A stretch of DNA of 64,000 nt from Chloroflexota bacterium (GTDB lineage Bacteria; Chloroflexota; Limnocylindria; Limnocylindrales; CSP1-4), in the NCBI GenBank assembly GCA_019637815.1, contig JAHBUZ010000001.1:151865-215864 (forward strand), given 5' to 3'. Position 1 is the stretch's first letter; each line of letters opens with the position of its first letter. The notes beneath the pieces are model-generated. The model saw nothing but the letters and a program-made list of their open reading frames with translations, was not told where the DNA came from and made no database searches. Of the stretch, positions 23,616 through 33,392 are shown piece by piece. Made by a program: the position numbers and the translations under genes.

Positions 23616-23778
23616 ATACGGTGAAACACGACCCCGGCCAGCAGGCGGGCCATCACGGGCACGGGGAGCCGCGGCAGCGGCCACGCTCCACCTGCCCACA
23701 CGCTGGCGAGTGACGATACGTGATCGCCGTGGCGGCGAGATATCGTTGACGACGCGAACGACCGATCCGGAGGCAACG

Positions 23779-24156
23779 ATGCGAGAGGCAACGGACGGCC
23801 CGGACGCTCCGGCGCCCGCGACCGGCGGCCTCGATCCATTCGATGAAGGGCTGTTGGTGGGCGTGCTCATCGGGGAAGGGCACTTCGGCGGCGATGGTCG
23901 CCAGCCCCAGGTGACGCTGCGCATGCACACCGACCACGCCGCCCTGTTCCGCTGGCTCGAAGCGACCGTCCCCGGGAGCCGACTCTACGGGCCATACCAC
24001 CACGGTGGTCGTTCGTACTACCAGTGGATGGTGCGCGGGGAACCGCTTCGCGGCTGGCTGGTGCCGCTCCTCGCTCGGCGCCTGACCCCCGCCCTCGATG
24101 AACGTGCCTGGCAGCGATTCCAGCGGATGTGCGAGGAGTACCGCATCCCGGTCTGA
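23779..24156 (+). CDS. Free-standing single-motif LAGLIDADG-fold protein (125 aa)
   Basis: LLVGVLIGEGHF aligns to the LAGLIDADG motif with the acidic residue at position 8 retained, followed by a beta/alpha pattern (VTLRMH..ALFRWL..GSRLY..YQWMV..LVPLL). GGAGG SD and TATCGT -10 at 23741-23746. Confidence 0.65.
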   Translation: MREATDGPDAPAPATGGLDPFDEGLLVGVLIGEGHFGGDGRQPQVTLRMHTDHAALFRWLEATVPGSRLYGPYHHGGRSYYQWMVRGEPLRGWLVPLLARRLTPALDERAWQRFQRMCEEYRIPV

Positions 24157-24291
24157 CCGCGAGTCGAGCGTCGCCCCTGCCTGGGCACCGGTCCGGGGGC
24201 CGGTGGACGCTCCGGGTATACTGCGGACGCCCGTGCGAACCGGTCGCGACCGGGCTGGCACGTGAGCGACGAGGAGTGGGGGCTGAACGCG

Positions 24292-24795
24292 ATGGGCCTC
24301 CTCAGCACAGCCGTCGGAGCCGTCGTGGCGGCGATCCTCGAGGTCAGCGTCCTGGCCCAGCTCCAGCTGGGCGGTATCCGCCCGGACCTCGTGCTGGCCA
24401 TCGGCATCGGCGTCGCCATGACCATGGGGTTCGATGCCGGCATGACCTGGGCGTTCACTGGGGGACTCCTGCTCGACGTGATGCTCCCGGAGCGACCCAT
24501 CGGCTCGACGACCCTCGCCATGCTCCTGGCCATCGGTCTCGCGGTGCTCGTGGCGCGCCTCGCTGACCCACCCCGTCTGGCGCTCATCGGTGTGACGGCC
24601 TTCGGCGCCGCGCTGCTGTTCCTGACCCTGGCGCGAGCGATCCTCGCCATGGCGGCGGGCATCGGCATGGGCGATATCGTCGTGTCCACGTGGGCCATCT
24701 CCGCCCTCCTGACCGCGGTCATCGCCATGGCGACCGCATGGGCCATCCGGTCCATCGCCCTCCGGTTCGGTGCCGTGGAGCGACTCGACTGGTGA
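24292..24795 (+). CDS. mreD: Rod shape-determining protein MreD
   Basis: Hydrophobic multi-TM protein with RPDLVL and GGLLLD, directly upstream of PBP2. TATACT -10 at 24217-24222. An alternative GTG start is at 24262. Confidence 0.85.
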   Translation: MGLLSTAVGAVVAAILEVSVLAQLQLGGIRPDLVLAIGIGVAMTMGFDAGMTWAFTGGLLLDVMLPERPIGSTTLAMLLAIGLAVLVARLADPPRLALIGVTAFGAALLFLTLARAILAMAAGIGMGDIVVSTWAISALLTAVIAMATAWAIRSIALRFGAVERLDW

Positions 24796-26741
24796 GCGTC
24801 AACACCGATCGGCCACTGCTCGACCCGAACGCCGGGACCGTCACGCCCCGCCAGCTGTGGCGACGCTTCCTCGTCTTCGGCATCGCCATCGTCCTGGTGG
24901 TCGCGGGCCTCGGCCTGCGCCTGTTCCAGCTCCAGGTCGCGGAGGCGGACCGATTCCAGGCGCTCGCCGTCCAGCGTCGCCAGGGGACCGCGGCCGTCCC
25001 GGTCACCCGGGGTCTCATCTACGACCGCAAGGGCCGACAGCTGGTCGAGAACGTGCCGGTCTTCGTCGTGCGCATGGTCCCTGGCGAGATCCCGTACGAG
25101 CAGCGTGACGCCGTCGTGGAGCGGCTGGCGACGCTCCTCGACATGGACCGGCTCCGCATCTACCAGATCATGGACCAGGTCATGGGGTCCAGCTTCGAGC
25201 CCCTGACCATCGCGAGGGGGGTCTCGACCCAGGTCGCCCGGGTCATCGCCGAGGAGCATCTCGGCCTGCCCGGCATCAGCGTGGAGGTGGAGGCGCGGCG
25301 TCGGTACCGCTACGGCAAGCTCGTGTCCCACATCCTGGGCTGGACCGGCCGCGTCACCCCCGAGGAGCACGGACGTCTCGCGAGCGAGGGCTATCTGGCG
25401 AGTGACACCATCGGCAAGGCCGGCGTGGAGCTCACGTTCGAACGCCAGCTGCGCGGGACCTACGGCCTCGACGAGGTGCAGCGGGACGCGGCAGGCCGGG
25501 TCACCAGCACCCTGCGCACCCTGCGCGAGCCGGTCGCGGGCGATTCCATCGAGCTGACCATCGACCTCGAGATCCAGCGCGAGGCACAGAAGGCCCTCGA
25601 GTGGGGGATGCGTGCCGCGAAGCTCCAGCGCGGCGTGTTCCTGGTCATGAATCCCCAGAACGGGGAGATCCTGGCGATGGTGTCCCTGCCCGCGTACGAC
25701 AACAACGAGTTCGCCAGGGGCGTCACCACGCAGCGGTATCGCAAGCTCGCCCGTGATCCCAATCGCCCGCTCATCAACCTCGCCATCAGCGAGCAGCTGC
25801 CACCCGGCTCCACGTACAAGCTCATCACGGGGATCGGCGCGCTCCAGGACCGCAAGATCCTGCCATCGACGCGGATCCGGACGGCGGGCCACATCATGGT
25901 CGCGGGGACCCGCATGAACGACTGGCACAGCTACGGCTGGGGTCATATCGACATCTACGGCGGCTTCGCCCATTCGAGCGACACCTTCTTCTACCAGGTC
26001 GCGCTCCGCCTGGGAGTCGACCGGCTGGCCTACTGGGCGCACGAGTTCGGCTTCGGCCGCAAGACCGGGGTCGACCTGCCCGGTGAGACGGTGGGCACGG
26101 TCCCCACCCACGCCTGGAAGCGGTCGATCACCAATCCGCCCCAGCCCGTGTATCCGGGCGAGACCGCGCAGGCGGGCATCGGCCAGGGCTATGACATGGT
26201 CACGCCCCTCCAGCTGATCAACGCCTACAGCGCGCTCGCCAACGGCGGCACGCTCTATCGGCCCCAGCTGGTGCGCCGCATCCGTGACACCAACGGCGAG
26301 GTCATCCGGACCATCAAGCCGGAGGTGATCCGCAAGCTGCCCATCGACGCGTCGCTGCTCAAGGTGATGAGGGTCGCCTCGCGGCACGTGCTCACGAGCC
26401 GACACACCCTGAACTTCGTGGACATGCCCGTCGTGGTGGCGGGCAAGTCGGGCACCGCAGAGTACGGGGTGCGGGACAGCAAGGGTCGCCTGCCGTTCCA
26501 CTCGTGGTTCGTGGGCTTCGTGCCCAGGGAGGCACGCAAGAAGGCCGGGGATCCGAACGGCTACAAGGCCGTCCAGCGTACCGATTCGGAGCTCGTATTC
26601 CTTGCCTTCGCGCACGATTCGCGGACACGGGGTAATGCCGCGATCGAGATCTCGAAGTACTTCATCCAGCTCCACTACGGGGTCAAGAAGGACTACCGTA
26701 ACCCGGAGTTGATGATCAAGGGCAACTTCTACGGTCAGTGA
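24792..26741 (+). CDS. mrdA: Penicillin-binding protein 2 (class B)
   Basis: RGLIYDRKG, PPGSTYK (SxxK), HSSDTFF (SxD), KSGTAE. GTGA overlap with mreD. Confidence 0.93.
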   Translation: MSVNTDRPLLDPNAGTVTPRQLWRRFLVFGIAIVLVVAGLGLRLFQLQVAEADRFQALAVQRRQGTAAVPVTRGLIYDRKGRQLVENVPVFVVRMVPGEIPYEQRDAVVERLATLLDMDRLRIYQIMDQVMGSSFEPLTIARGVSTQVARVIAEEHLGLPGISVEVEARRRYRYGKLVSHILGWTGRVTPEEHGRLASEGYLASDTIGKAGVELTFERQLRGTYGLDEVQRDAAGRVTSTLRTLREPVAGDSIELTIDLEIQREAQKALEWGMRAAKLQRGVFLVMNPQNGEILAMVSLPAYDNNEFARGVTTQRYRKLARDPNRPLINLAISEQLPPGSTYKLITGIGALQDRKILPSTRIRTAGHIMVAGTRMNDWHSYGWGHIDIYGGFAHSSDTFFYQVALRLGVDRLAYWAHEFGFGRKTGVDLPGETVGTVPTHAWKRSITNPPQPVYPGETAQAGIGQGYDMVTPLQLINAYSALANGGTLYRPQLVRRIRDTNGEVIRTIKPEVIRKLPIDASLLKVMRVASRHVLTSRHTLNFVDMPVVVAGKSGTAEYGVRDSKGRLPFHSWFVGFVPREARKKAGDPNGYKAVQRTDSELVFLAFAHDSRTRGNAAIEISKYFIQLHYGVKKDYRNPELMIKGNFYGQ

Positions 26742-26744
26742 CGG

Positions 26745-27893
26745 ATGGGCACCCTTCGACTCCAGCCAGCACGCCTCGCGGGTCTCTCGCCCCGCGCGGT
26801 CTCGCGTGCCTGGACGGTGTTCGATATCCAGCTCGCGGTGTACGCCACGGCGCTCGTGGTCATCGGCCTGCTCATGGCCTTCACGAACTCCGGCGACGAC
26901 CCGCTCGAGGCAGGGTCCCTGTTCACCCGCGGCCTCATGTGGCTGGCCATCGCGATCATGGTGTTCACGGTCGCGGCCGCGTTCGACTATCGCTGGGCGC
27001 GCACCTTCGTCTGGCTCGTCTATCTCATCGACATCGGGTTCCTGGTCATGACCCTGGCCATCGGCACCGGGGTGGGCGGGACATCGCGCTGGGTGACCCT
27101 CGGGCCACTCCAGTTCCAGTTCTCGGAGATGGCCAAGGTCCTCACGGCGCTCACGATCGCAGCGTGGCTCGCCCATCGGCAGACACGCATCGACGGCTTC
27201 GGCACCATCCTGGGCGCCGCGGTCATCGTGGCGCCACCGCTCGGCCTCGTGCTCATCCAGCCGGACCTCGGCACCTCGCTCGTGCTGGGCGCGATCCTGT
27301 TCGGTGCCCTGTTCATGTCGGGCGCCAGCCTGCGCTGGCTGGCCGCCGGCATCGTGATGGTGCTCGCGGCGTTCCCGGTGGTCTGGACGTCGGTGCTCAA
27401 GGACTATCAGAAGGAACGACTCATCTCGTTCCTGGACCCCGCGGCGGATGCCCAGGGTGCCGGCTACCAGCTCATCCAGTCACAGGCGGCGGTGAGCTCC
27501 GGCGGGCTCTTCGGCCGGGGCCTCACGAACGGCCAACAGGGTGCCGCGTACCTGCCCGTGCAGTCCACCGACTTCGTGTTCTCCCGGGTCGGCGAGGAGC
27601 TGGGTTTCCTGGGCGGGGCGCTCGTGCTGGTCCTGTTCGCGCTGCTCCTGTGGCGCGTGCTGACCATCGGCTGGCGCTGTCGTGACCCCTTCGGGCTCGC
27701 GTTCGCGGGTGGCGTGGCGGGCATGCTCCTGTTCCAGCTGCTCGTCAACGTGGGCATGGTGCTTGGTGTGATGCCCATCACGGGCATCCCCTTGCCGTTC
27801 ATCACACACGGCGGTGCATCGCTCATCAGCACGGCGTTGGCGCTCGGCCTCCTCGAGAGCATCGCGATGCGGCAGGGCAAGCCGAGCGGCTAG
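26745..27893 (+). CDS. rodA: SEDS family rod shape-determining protein RodA
   Basis: QFSEMAK, QPDLGT, GYQLIQS, STDFVFS, GIPLPFITHGG. Confidence 0.93.
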   Translation: MGTLRLQPARLAGLSPRAVSRAWTVFDIQLAVYATALVVIGLLMAFTNSGDDPLEAGSLFTRGLMWLAIAIMVFTVAAAFDYRWARTFVWLVYLIDIGFLVMTLAIGTGVGGTSRWVTLGPLQFQFSEMAKVLTALTIAAWLAHRQTRIDGFGTILGAAVIVAPPLGLVLIQPDLGTSLVLGAILFGALFMSGASLRWLAAGIVMVLAAFPVVWTSVLKDYQKERLISFLDPAADAQGAGYQLIQSQAAVSSGGLFGRGLTNGQQGAAYLPVQSTDFVFSRVGEELGFLGGALVLVLFALLLWRVLTIGWRCRDPFGLAFAGGVAGMLLFQLLVNVGMVLGVMPITGIPLPFITHGGASLISTALALGLLESIAMRQGKPSG

Positions 27894-27942
27894 GCCATCG
27901 TTTGTCCCGTGCGAACAAGGCCTGGCCGATCGCCGCCCGGAC

Positions 27943-28440
27943 CTAGCGGCCGCGACCGGCGAGGAGCGTCGCGATCTCGGCGCGGTACTGGCGACCCGTC
28001 GGCGAGCGTTCCAGCCACTCCAGCCAATCCGGGTCGTGCGTCGCGATCTGGCCGAGCGACCAGCCCTTGTAGCGCCCGAAGTCGAGCACCGATCCGCGGG
28101 CGACGCCACGCGGCGGTGGCCCGGCCTCCCCATACGGGCTCTCGGGTGCGCTCATGCTGGTGCTCATCGGCGGCGGGTCGGTGGGTCGTCGGACGTAGCG
28201 GTCGCCCGTTCGTCGGTCGCGCCGGGCGGCCAGCTCCCGGTCGTAGCGTGCACGGCGCTCGGTGTTGCGCAGCACGTCATACGCCTGGTTCACCTCGGTC
28301 ATGCGCTGCCGGGCCTCCTCGCTCGGGTCCATGTCCGGGTGGTAGCGCTGCGCGAGGCGTCGATGCACCACCGCGATGATGTCCTGGTCCGCCGACGGGT
28401 CCACCATCAGGATCTGGTAGTACGTCTTGCGTCCGATCAC
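27943..28440 (-). CDS. J-domain (DnaJ-like) protein with C-terminal FGxYKG domain
   Basis: YYQILMV, YHPD, EVNQAYDVL; C-terminal FGRYKGWSLGQIA..DWLEWL. Confidence 0.85.
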   Translation of the reverse strand: MIGRKTYYQILMVDPSADQDIIAVVHRRLAQRYHPDMDPSEEARQRMTEVNQAYDVLRNTERRARYDRELAARRDRRTGDRYVRRPTDPPPMSTSMSAPESPYGEAGPPPRGVARGSVLDFGRYKGWSLGQIATHDPDWLEWLERSPTGRQYRAEIATLLAGRGR

Positions 28441-29747
28441 GGCGTCGCCGTCGCCTCCGTGTGCTGCTCGCCACGCTCGGCGAGTGGTGACTGACGCGTC
28501 TTGTGGGCCATGTCCGACGCGTCCGGGTCAGGGATGGCGGGATCGTCCTCGCTCATCCGCCGGAACCAGTAACGATAGATATCCCGGACGGCGGCTGTCA
28601 CGGGCACCGACAGGATCGCACCCAGGATGCCGAACAGGGCGCTGCCCACGATGAGCGCCAGGATCACCAGCGAGGGGTGGAGCTCCACCGCATCCCCCTG
28701 GATCTTGGGCACCAGGACGTGGTTCTCCACCTGCTGCACGACGAGATAGAGCAGCACCACGGCGAGCGCGGCACGCATGGGGTCCTGGGCCGTGAGCGCC
28801 AGGATGAGCGTGGGGATCATGGACAGGATGGGTCCGATGACCGGCACCAGCTCCAGCACGCCTGCGACCACCGCGAGCAGCACCGCGAACGACAGGAACA
28901 CGGGGTCCACCAGCTCGCCGAGCAGCAGCAGCCCGAGGAACGTCGCGACGCCCACCACGAGGCCAAGGATCAGCTGGCCCCGGATCCAGCGCCCGAAGGT
29001 GTGGTCCACGATGCCCATGACCGCCATGCCATCGCGCCGCCAGCTCGGCGGCAGCGCCTGCTCGAACGAGCGCGCGAGACGCGGCAGGTCACGCAGCAGG
29101 TAGAACGCCCAGAACGGGATGATGAGGAAGCCGAACGCGCTGATGACCGTCGAGGCGACGCTCCGGGCCAGGGGTAGCAGACCGGCCAGGCCCATGCCGC
29201 CCTCCTCGCCACCCGAGCGGATGCCCTCGAGCGCCTGGTCGATGCCATCCCGCGCCCATCCCGGCAGGTCGAGCCGTGCGTACCAGTCCTGGGCCGCGGC
29301 CAGGAAGGCCGGCGCCTGGTCGACGAACCGCTGGACCTGCTCGTTCATCGGCCCGAGGACGAGGGTGACACTCGCGCCCAGGCCGACCACGATCCCGGCA
29401 TACAGCAGCAGGATGGCGAGCCAGCGCGGGATCGTCCGCTGACCGACCCGCACGAGCGCGAGGCGGTCCACCGCGGGTGCCAGGAGGTACACCAGGAGCA
29501 GGCCCACCACGAACGGCGTCAGCGTGTCGAGCATGGTCATGCCCAGGAGCAGCAGGACCACTCCCGTGATACCCGCCAGCATCGCCCGCGGCGTCGGCCG
29601 GTCGAGGCGCGTGCGCGGCAGCGGATCCGGCCCCTCGGGCGGTGTCGCGGCGTCCGGTCCGGACGCCAGCGCGAGGGCCCGCTCGGGCGACGCATGCTCG
29701 CTCGATGCGGGTCGTGGGGCGGCGGCGGACCGGCTGTCCTCGTCCAT
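28437..29747 (-). CDS. AI-2E family transporter
   Basis: Multi-TM protein with PFWAFYLL, RWIRGQL, ELVPVIGP, QQVENHVLVPKI, LHP, GILGAILSVP. ATG 29747 sits 8 nt after TGc-TAGTGT. Confidence 0.9.
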   Translation of the reverse strand: MDEDSRSAAAPRPASSEHASPERALALASGPDAATPPEGPDPLPRTRLDRPTPRAMLAGITGVVLLLLGMTMLDTLTPFVVGLLLVYLLAPAVDRLALVRVGQRTIPRWLAILLLYAGIVVGLGASVTLVLGPMNEQVQRFVDQAPAFLAAAQDWYARLDLPGWARDGIDQALEGIRSGGEEGGMGLAGLLPLARSVASTVISAFGFLIIPFWAFYLLRDLPRLARSFEQALPPSWRRDGMAVMGIVDHTFGRWIRGQLILGLVVGVATFLGLLLLGELVDPVFLSFAVLLAVVAGVLELVPVIGPILSMIPTLILALTAQDPMRAALAVVLLYLVVQQVENHVLVPKIQGDAVELHPSLVILALIVGSALFGILGAILSVPVTAAVRDIYRYWFRRMSEDDPAIPDPDASDMAHKTRQSPLAERGEQHTEATATP

Positions 29748-30026
29748 GGCGCGCGACACTAGCAGAGGGCCGGGGACCGAGCGACGACCTGGACATGCCG
29801 ACGTCGCCCGCACGGGGGTCGTTCGTCCGATGCCACCTCCGGGGCGCCGGTGCGATGCTGTCGGGGCGGCCCACGGTGCATCGATGGTGCCCGCCGGCAC
29901 CATGCGCCCGGACACCGTTTGACGTTCGGACGGCCGGGCCGCTATCATCCCTCACCCCGCCCATCTCGCCGGTTCGACGTGCCACGAGGGGCGCACACCC
30001 CACCCGTCGACCACCATCAGGGAACC

Positions 30027-30710
30027 ATGTACGCAGTCATCGAAACCGGCGGCAAGCAGTATCGGGTCGAGCTCGGCAGCGAGATCGAGGTCGATCGGAT
30101 GGATGTCGAGCCCGGCCAGACCATCGACCTCGATCGTGTGCTGCTCGTCGCCGATGGCGATGACGCGGCCGTGGGCCGTCCCGTCGTGGAGGGCGCATCG
30201 GTCAGCGCGAGCGTCGTCCGTCAGACGCGGGGCGACAAGGTCGTCGTCTTCAAGTACAAGCCCAAGGCGCGCACGCGGGTCAAGCAGGGCCACCGGGCTG
30301 ACCTGACGGTCCTGCGCATCGCGGACATCGCGTGGGCCGGCCGCAGCGCCGCCAGCGAGCAGGCCAAGGTGGACAAGGAGCGTGCGAAGCAGGCTGCTGC
30401 TGCCGAGAAGGCCGCCGCCGAGCAGGCCGCCGCGGACGAGGCGCTCGCGAAGCAGCTCGCTGCCGCCAGTGCCGCTGCCGCGGACGCGGAGACGGACGCT
30501 GCGGAGCCCGCGAAGCCCAGGCGGACGCGCAAGGCTGCCGCCGAGGCGGCGACGCCCGCCGAGACGACGACTGACGAGTCGGCCGACGCCGACGCGGTCG
30601 CGAGCGCCGCCGACGAGACACCTGCCGCGGACGGATCCGCGGCACTGACCCAGGATGCCCCCGCAGCGGCCGACGCCGAGCCCGCGGACGAGCCCAGGAA
30701 GGACGGGTAG
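30027..30710 (+). CDS. rplU: 50S ribosomal protein L21 with long Ala/acidic C-terminal extension
   Basis: [14 protein letters not shown]...VFKYKPK..GHR. About 120 extra low-complexity residues. TATCAT -10 at 29943-29948. Confidence 0.95.
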   Translation: MYAVIETGGKQYRVELGSEIEVDRMDVEPGQTIDLDRVLLVADGDDAAVGRPVVEGASVSASVVRQTRGDKVVVFKYKPKARTRVKQGHRADLTVLRIADIAWAGRSAASEQAKVDKERAKQAAAAEKAAAEQAAADEALAKQLAAASAAAADAETDAAEPAKPRRTRKAAAEAATPAETTTDESADADAVASAADETPAADGSAALTQDAPAAADAEPADEPRKDG

Positions 30711-30714
30711 CAGC

Positions 30715-30993
30715 GTGGCCCACAAGAAGGCCGGTTCCAGCTCCAAGAACGGTCGTGACAGCGTCGGTCAGCGCCTCGGCGTCAAGCGGGGTGATGGCCA
30801 GCTGGTGAGCGCCGGCTCGATCATCGTGCGCCAGCGCGGGATGACCTTCCTGGCCGGTCCGGGCACCGGCCTCGGCCGGGACTTCACCGTGTTCGCCACG
30901 GTGACCGGGCGGGTGCGCTTCGAGCACGTCCGCCGCGACAAGAAGCAGATCCGCGTCATCGAGGACACGCCGGCCGTCGTCGCCGGCGCCTGA
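30715..30993 (+). CDS. rpmA: 50S ribosomal protein L27
   Basis: GTG start; [24 protein letters not shown]. Confidence 0.97.
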   Translation: MAHKKAGSSSKNGRDSVGQRLGVKRGDGQLVSAGSIIVRQRGMTFLAGPGTGLGRDFTVFATVTGRVRFEHVRRDKKQIRVIEDTPAVVAGA

Positions 30994-31021
30994 CCCGACC
31001 GCATCGTCCTCGGAGGACCCC

Positions 31022-31234
31022 GTGAAGCCCGACATCCATCCCGCCTATCACCAGGCGAGCGTCACGTGCGCCTCGTGCCACACCACCTTCACGGTGGGGT
31101 CCACGAGCCCGTCGCTGCGCGTGGACGTGTGCTCCAACTGCCACCCCTTCTACACGGGCAAGCACACCATCGTGGACACGGCCGGCCAGGTCGAGCGCTT
31201 CCAGAAGCGGCTCGAGCGCGCGGCGCGTCTCTGA
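31022..31234 (+). CDS. rpmE: 50S ribosomal protein L31 (zinc-binding type)
   Basis: KPDIHP, CASC, DVCSNCHPFYTG, GQVERF. Confidence 0.97.
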   Translation: MKPDIHPAYHQASVTCASCHTTFTVGSTSPSLRVDVCSNCHPFYTGKHTIVDTAGQVERFQKRLERAARL

Positions 31235-31293
31235 GCCCCGACGGGACGGATCGGCTCCGCATGATCCGCCTCCAGCCCGGGAGCATCTGAACC

Positions 31294-32304
31294 ATGGCTC
31301 GCTTCGCCTACGGCGGTCAGGCCCTCATGGAGGGCGTCCTGATGCGCGGCAAGGACGCCATCGGCGTCGCCGTGCGCGGCCCGGATGGCCAGATCTTCGG
31401 TACCCAGGAACGTCTCAACAGCATCCTGCATCGGAACCGCTTCGCGCGAGCGCCGTTCTTCCGGGGCATCGTGGTGCTCTACGAGACGCTCGTCATCGGC
31501 ACCCGCTGGCTGATGCGCTCCGGCTCCATCGCGGCGGCCGGCGAGGGCGTGTCCATGGGCGGGCGTGCGGTCGCCCTGACGTTCGCCATCACCATCGTCT
31601 TCGCGCTCGGCCTGTTCGTGGTGCTGCCGCTGGTCATCGGCCAGGGCGCGGCCTCGATGACCATCGGCCGGAACCCGTTCGTGGAACACCTCATCGAGGC
31701 AGCCATCCGGGTCGTCATCTTCGTGGGCTATCTGCTCGTGGTCAGCAGGTCCGCGGAGATCCGTCGCGTCTTCCAGTACCACGGCGCGGAGCACATGACC
31801 ATCCACGCCCTGGAGCACGACCTGCCGCTGACCGTGGAGAACGCGCGCAAGTACCCCACCGCGCATCCCCGCTGTGGCACCGAGTTCCTGGTGGTGTTCA
31901 TCATCGTGAGCATCATCCTGTTCAGCCTGCTGGCCGGACAGGACCTGCTCATCAGCATCGTCGGACGCATCGTGCTCATCCCCGTCGTCGCCGCGGTCGC
32001 CTACGAGGTGCTCCGCTGGGGCGCCCGGCATCGCGACCAGTGGGCGGTGCGCTGGCTGTTCCTGCCCGGCATCTGGCTCCAGGGCATCACCACCAAGCAG
32101 CCCGATGACTCGATGATCGAGGTTGCCATCGCCTCGATGCAGGAGGCCCTCGCGGCGAACGACGAGACCGCCCCCGAGGGCAGCTTCGATCCCGAGCGGC
32201 AGCCGATGCCGGACCCGGAGGAGCTGGCCAGGGAGATGGAGGCCCGTCTCGAGGCCGAGGAGGCCGAGGCCGGCACAGTGGGGTCGACCGGGACCGGGTC
32301 GTGA
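31294..32304 (+). CDS. DUF1385 domain membrane protein
   Basis: YGGQALMEGVLM, FQYHGAEH, HPRCGTEF; typical position upstream of prfA. Confidence 0.9.
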   Translation: MARFAYGGQALMEGVLMRGKDAIGVAVRGPDGQIFGTQERLNSILHRNRFARAPFFRGIVVLYETLVIGTRWLMRSGSIAAAGEGVSMGGRAVALTFAITIVFALGLFVVLPLVIGQGAASMTIGRNPFVEHLIEAAIRVVIFVGYLLVVSRSAEIRRVFQYHGAEHMTIHALEHDLPLTVENARKYPTAHPRCGTEFLVVFIIVSIILFSLLAGQDLLISIVGRIVLIPVVAAVAYEVLRWGARHRDQWAVRWLFLPGIWLQGITTKQPDDSMIEVAIASMQEALAANDETAPEGSFDPERQPMPDPEELAREMEARLEAEEAEAGTVGSTGTGS

Positions 32305-33392
32305 GCCTCGAGGACCGCCTCGACGACATCGAGCGCCGGCTCAGCCAGCTGGACGAGGAGTGGTCCGATCCCGCCGTCGCCGGCGACCCGGACCGGGCAC
32401 GCGCCCTGGGTCGGGAGCAGGCGCGGCTGGCGCCCATCGTGGACAACGTGCGTCGGCTCCGGAGCGTCCGGGCGCAGCTCGAGACATCGCGTCACGAGCG
32501 GGACACGGAGCAGGATCCGGAGATCCGGGAGCTCGCCCGCGAGGTCATCGCGGAGCTGGAGACCCAGGAGACGTCGCTCGTGGAGGAGCTGCGCGTCCAG
32601 CTCCTGCCGCGGGACCCCAACGACGAACGCGGTGTGCTGCTCGAGGTGCGCGCGGGCGCCGGTGGCGACGAGGCGGCACTGTTCGCCGCGGAGCTCGTCC
32701 GGATGTATCTGCGCTACGCCGAGCGCCATCGATGGTCCACGGAGATCATGACCAGCAGCGAGACGGGCATCGGGGGCATCAAGGAGGCCATCGTCGAGGT
32801 CGGCGGCGACGGTGCCTGGAGTCGTCTCAAGTACGAGGGTGGGGTCCACCGCGTGCAGCGCGTGCCGGAGACGGAGTCGAGCGGCCGCATCCATACCTCG
32901 ACCGCCACCGTGGCGGTGCTGCCGGAGGCGGACGAGGTGGAGGTCGCCATCGATGAGGACAAGGACCTGCGCATCGAGGTGAAGCGCTCGTCGGGCCCTG
33001 GCGGCCAGAGCGTCAACACGACCGACTCCGCCGTGCGCATCACGCACCTGCCGACCGGTCTGGTGGTCGAGATCCAGGACGAGAAGAGCCAGCACAAGAA
33101 CAAGGCCAAGGCCCTCGCCGTGCTCCGCGCACGACTCCTGGAGCAGGAGCAGCAGCGGGCGCATGCGGAGGAGGCCGCGGCACGTCGCACGATGGTCGGC
33201 TCGGGTGACCGGTCGGAGAAGATCCGCACCTACAACTACCCGCAGGACCGGGTGACCGACCACCGGATCCGGATGGACGTGCACGGGTTGCCCGCGGTCC
33301 TCGATGGGGACCTGGACCGACTCCTGGACGCCCTGATCCAGGACGACCAGGCGCGTCTGCTCGCCAACCTGGAGGGCACACCGGAGCCATGA
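32301..33392 (+). CDS. prfA: Peptide chain release factor 1
   Basis: [16 protein letters not shown] (PxT), [16 protein letters not shown]. Confidence 0.97.
   Translation: MSLEDRLDDIERRLSQLDEEWSDPAVAGDPDRARALGREQARLAPIVDNVRRLRSVRAQLETSRHERDTEQDPEIRELAREVIAELETQETSLVEELRVQLLPRDPNDERGVLLEVRAGAGGDEAALFAAELVRMYLRYAERHRWSTEIMTSSETGIGGIKEAIVEVGGDGAWSRLKYEGGVHRVQRVPETESSGRIHTSTATVAVLPEADEVEVAIDEDKDLRIEVKRSSGPGGQSVNTTDSAVRITHLPTGLVVEIQDEKSQHKNKAKALAVLRARLLEQEQQRAHAEEAAARRTMVGSGDRSEKIRTYNYPQDRVTDHRIRMDVHGLPAVLDGDLDRLLDALIQDDQARLLANLEGTPEP

Noticed and set aside
23420-23780. oriC
   Set aside because: No dnaA/dnaN here, and I saw no cluster of TTATCCACA-like boxes or AT-rich unwinding element. Only parS-like sites are supported.
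23779-24156. LAGLIDADG gene as part of a group I intron or intein
   Set aside because: No interrupted host gene flanks it, there are no intein splicing motifs, and it has its own promoter and SD.
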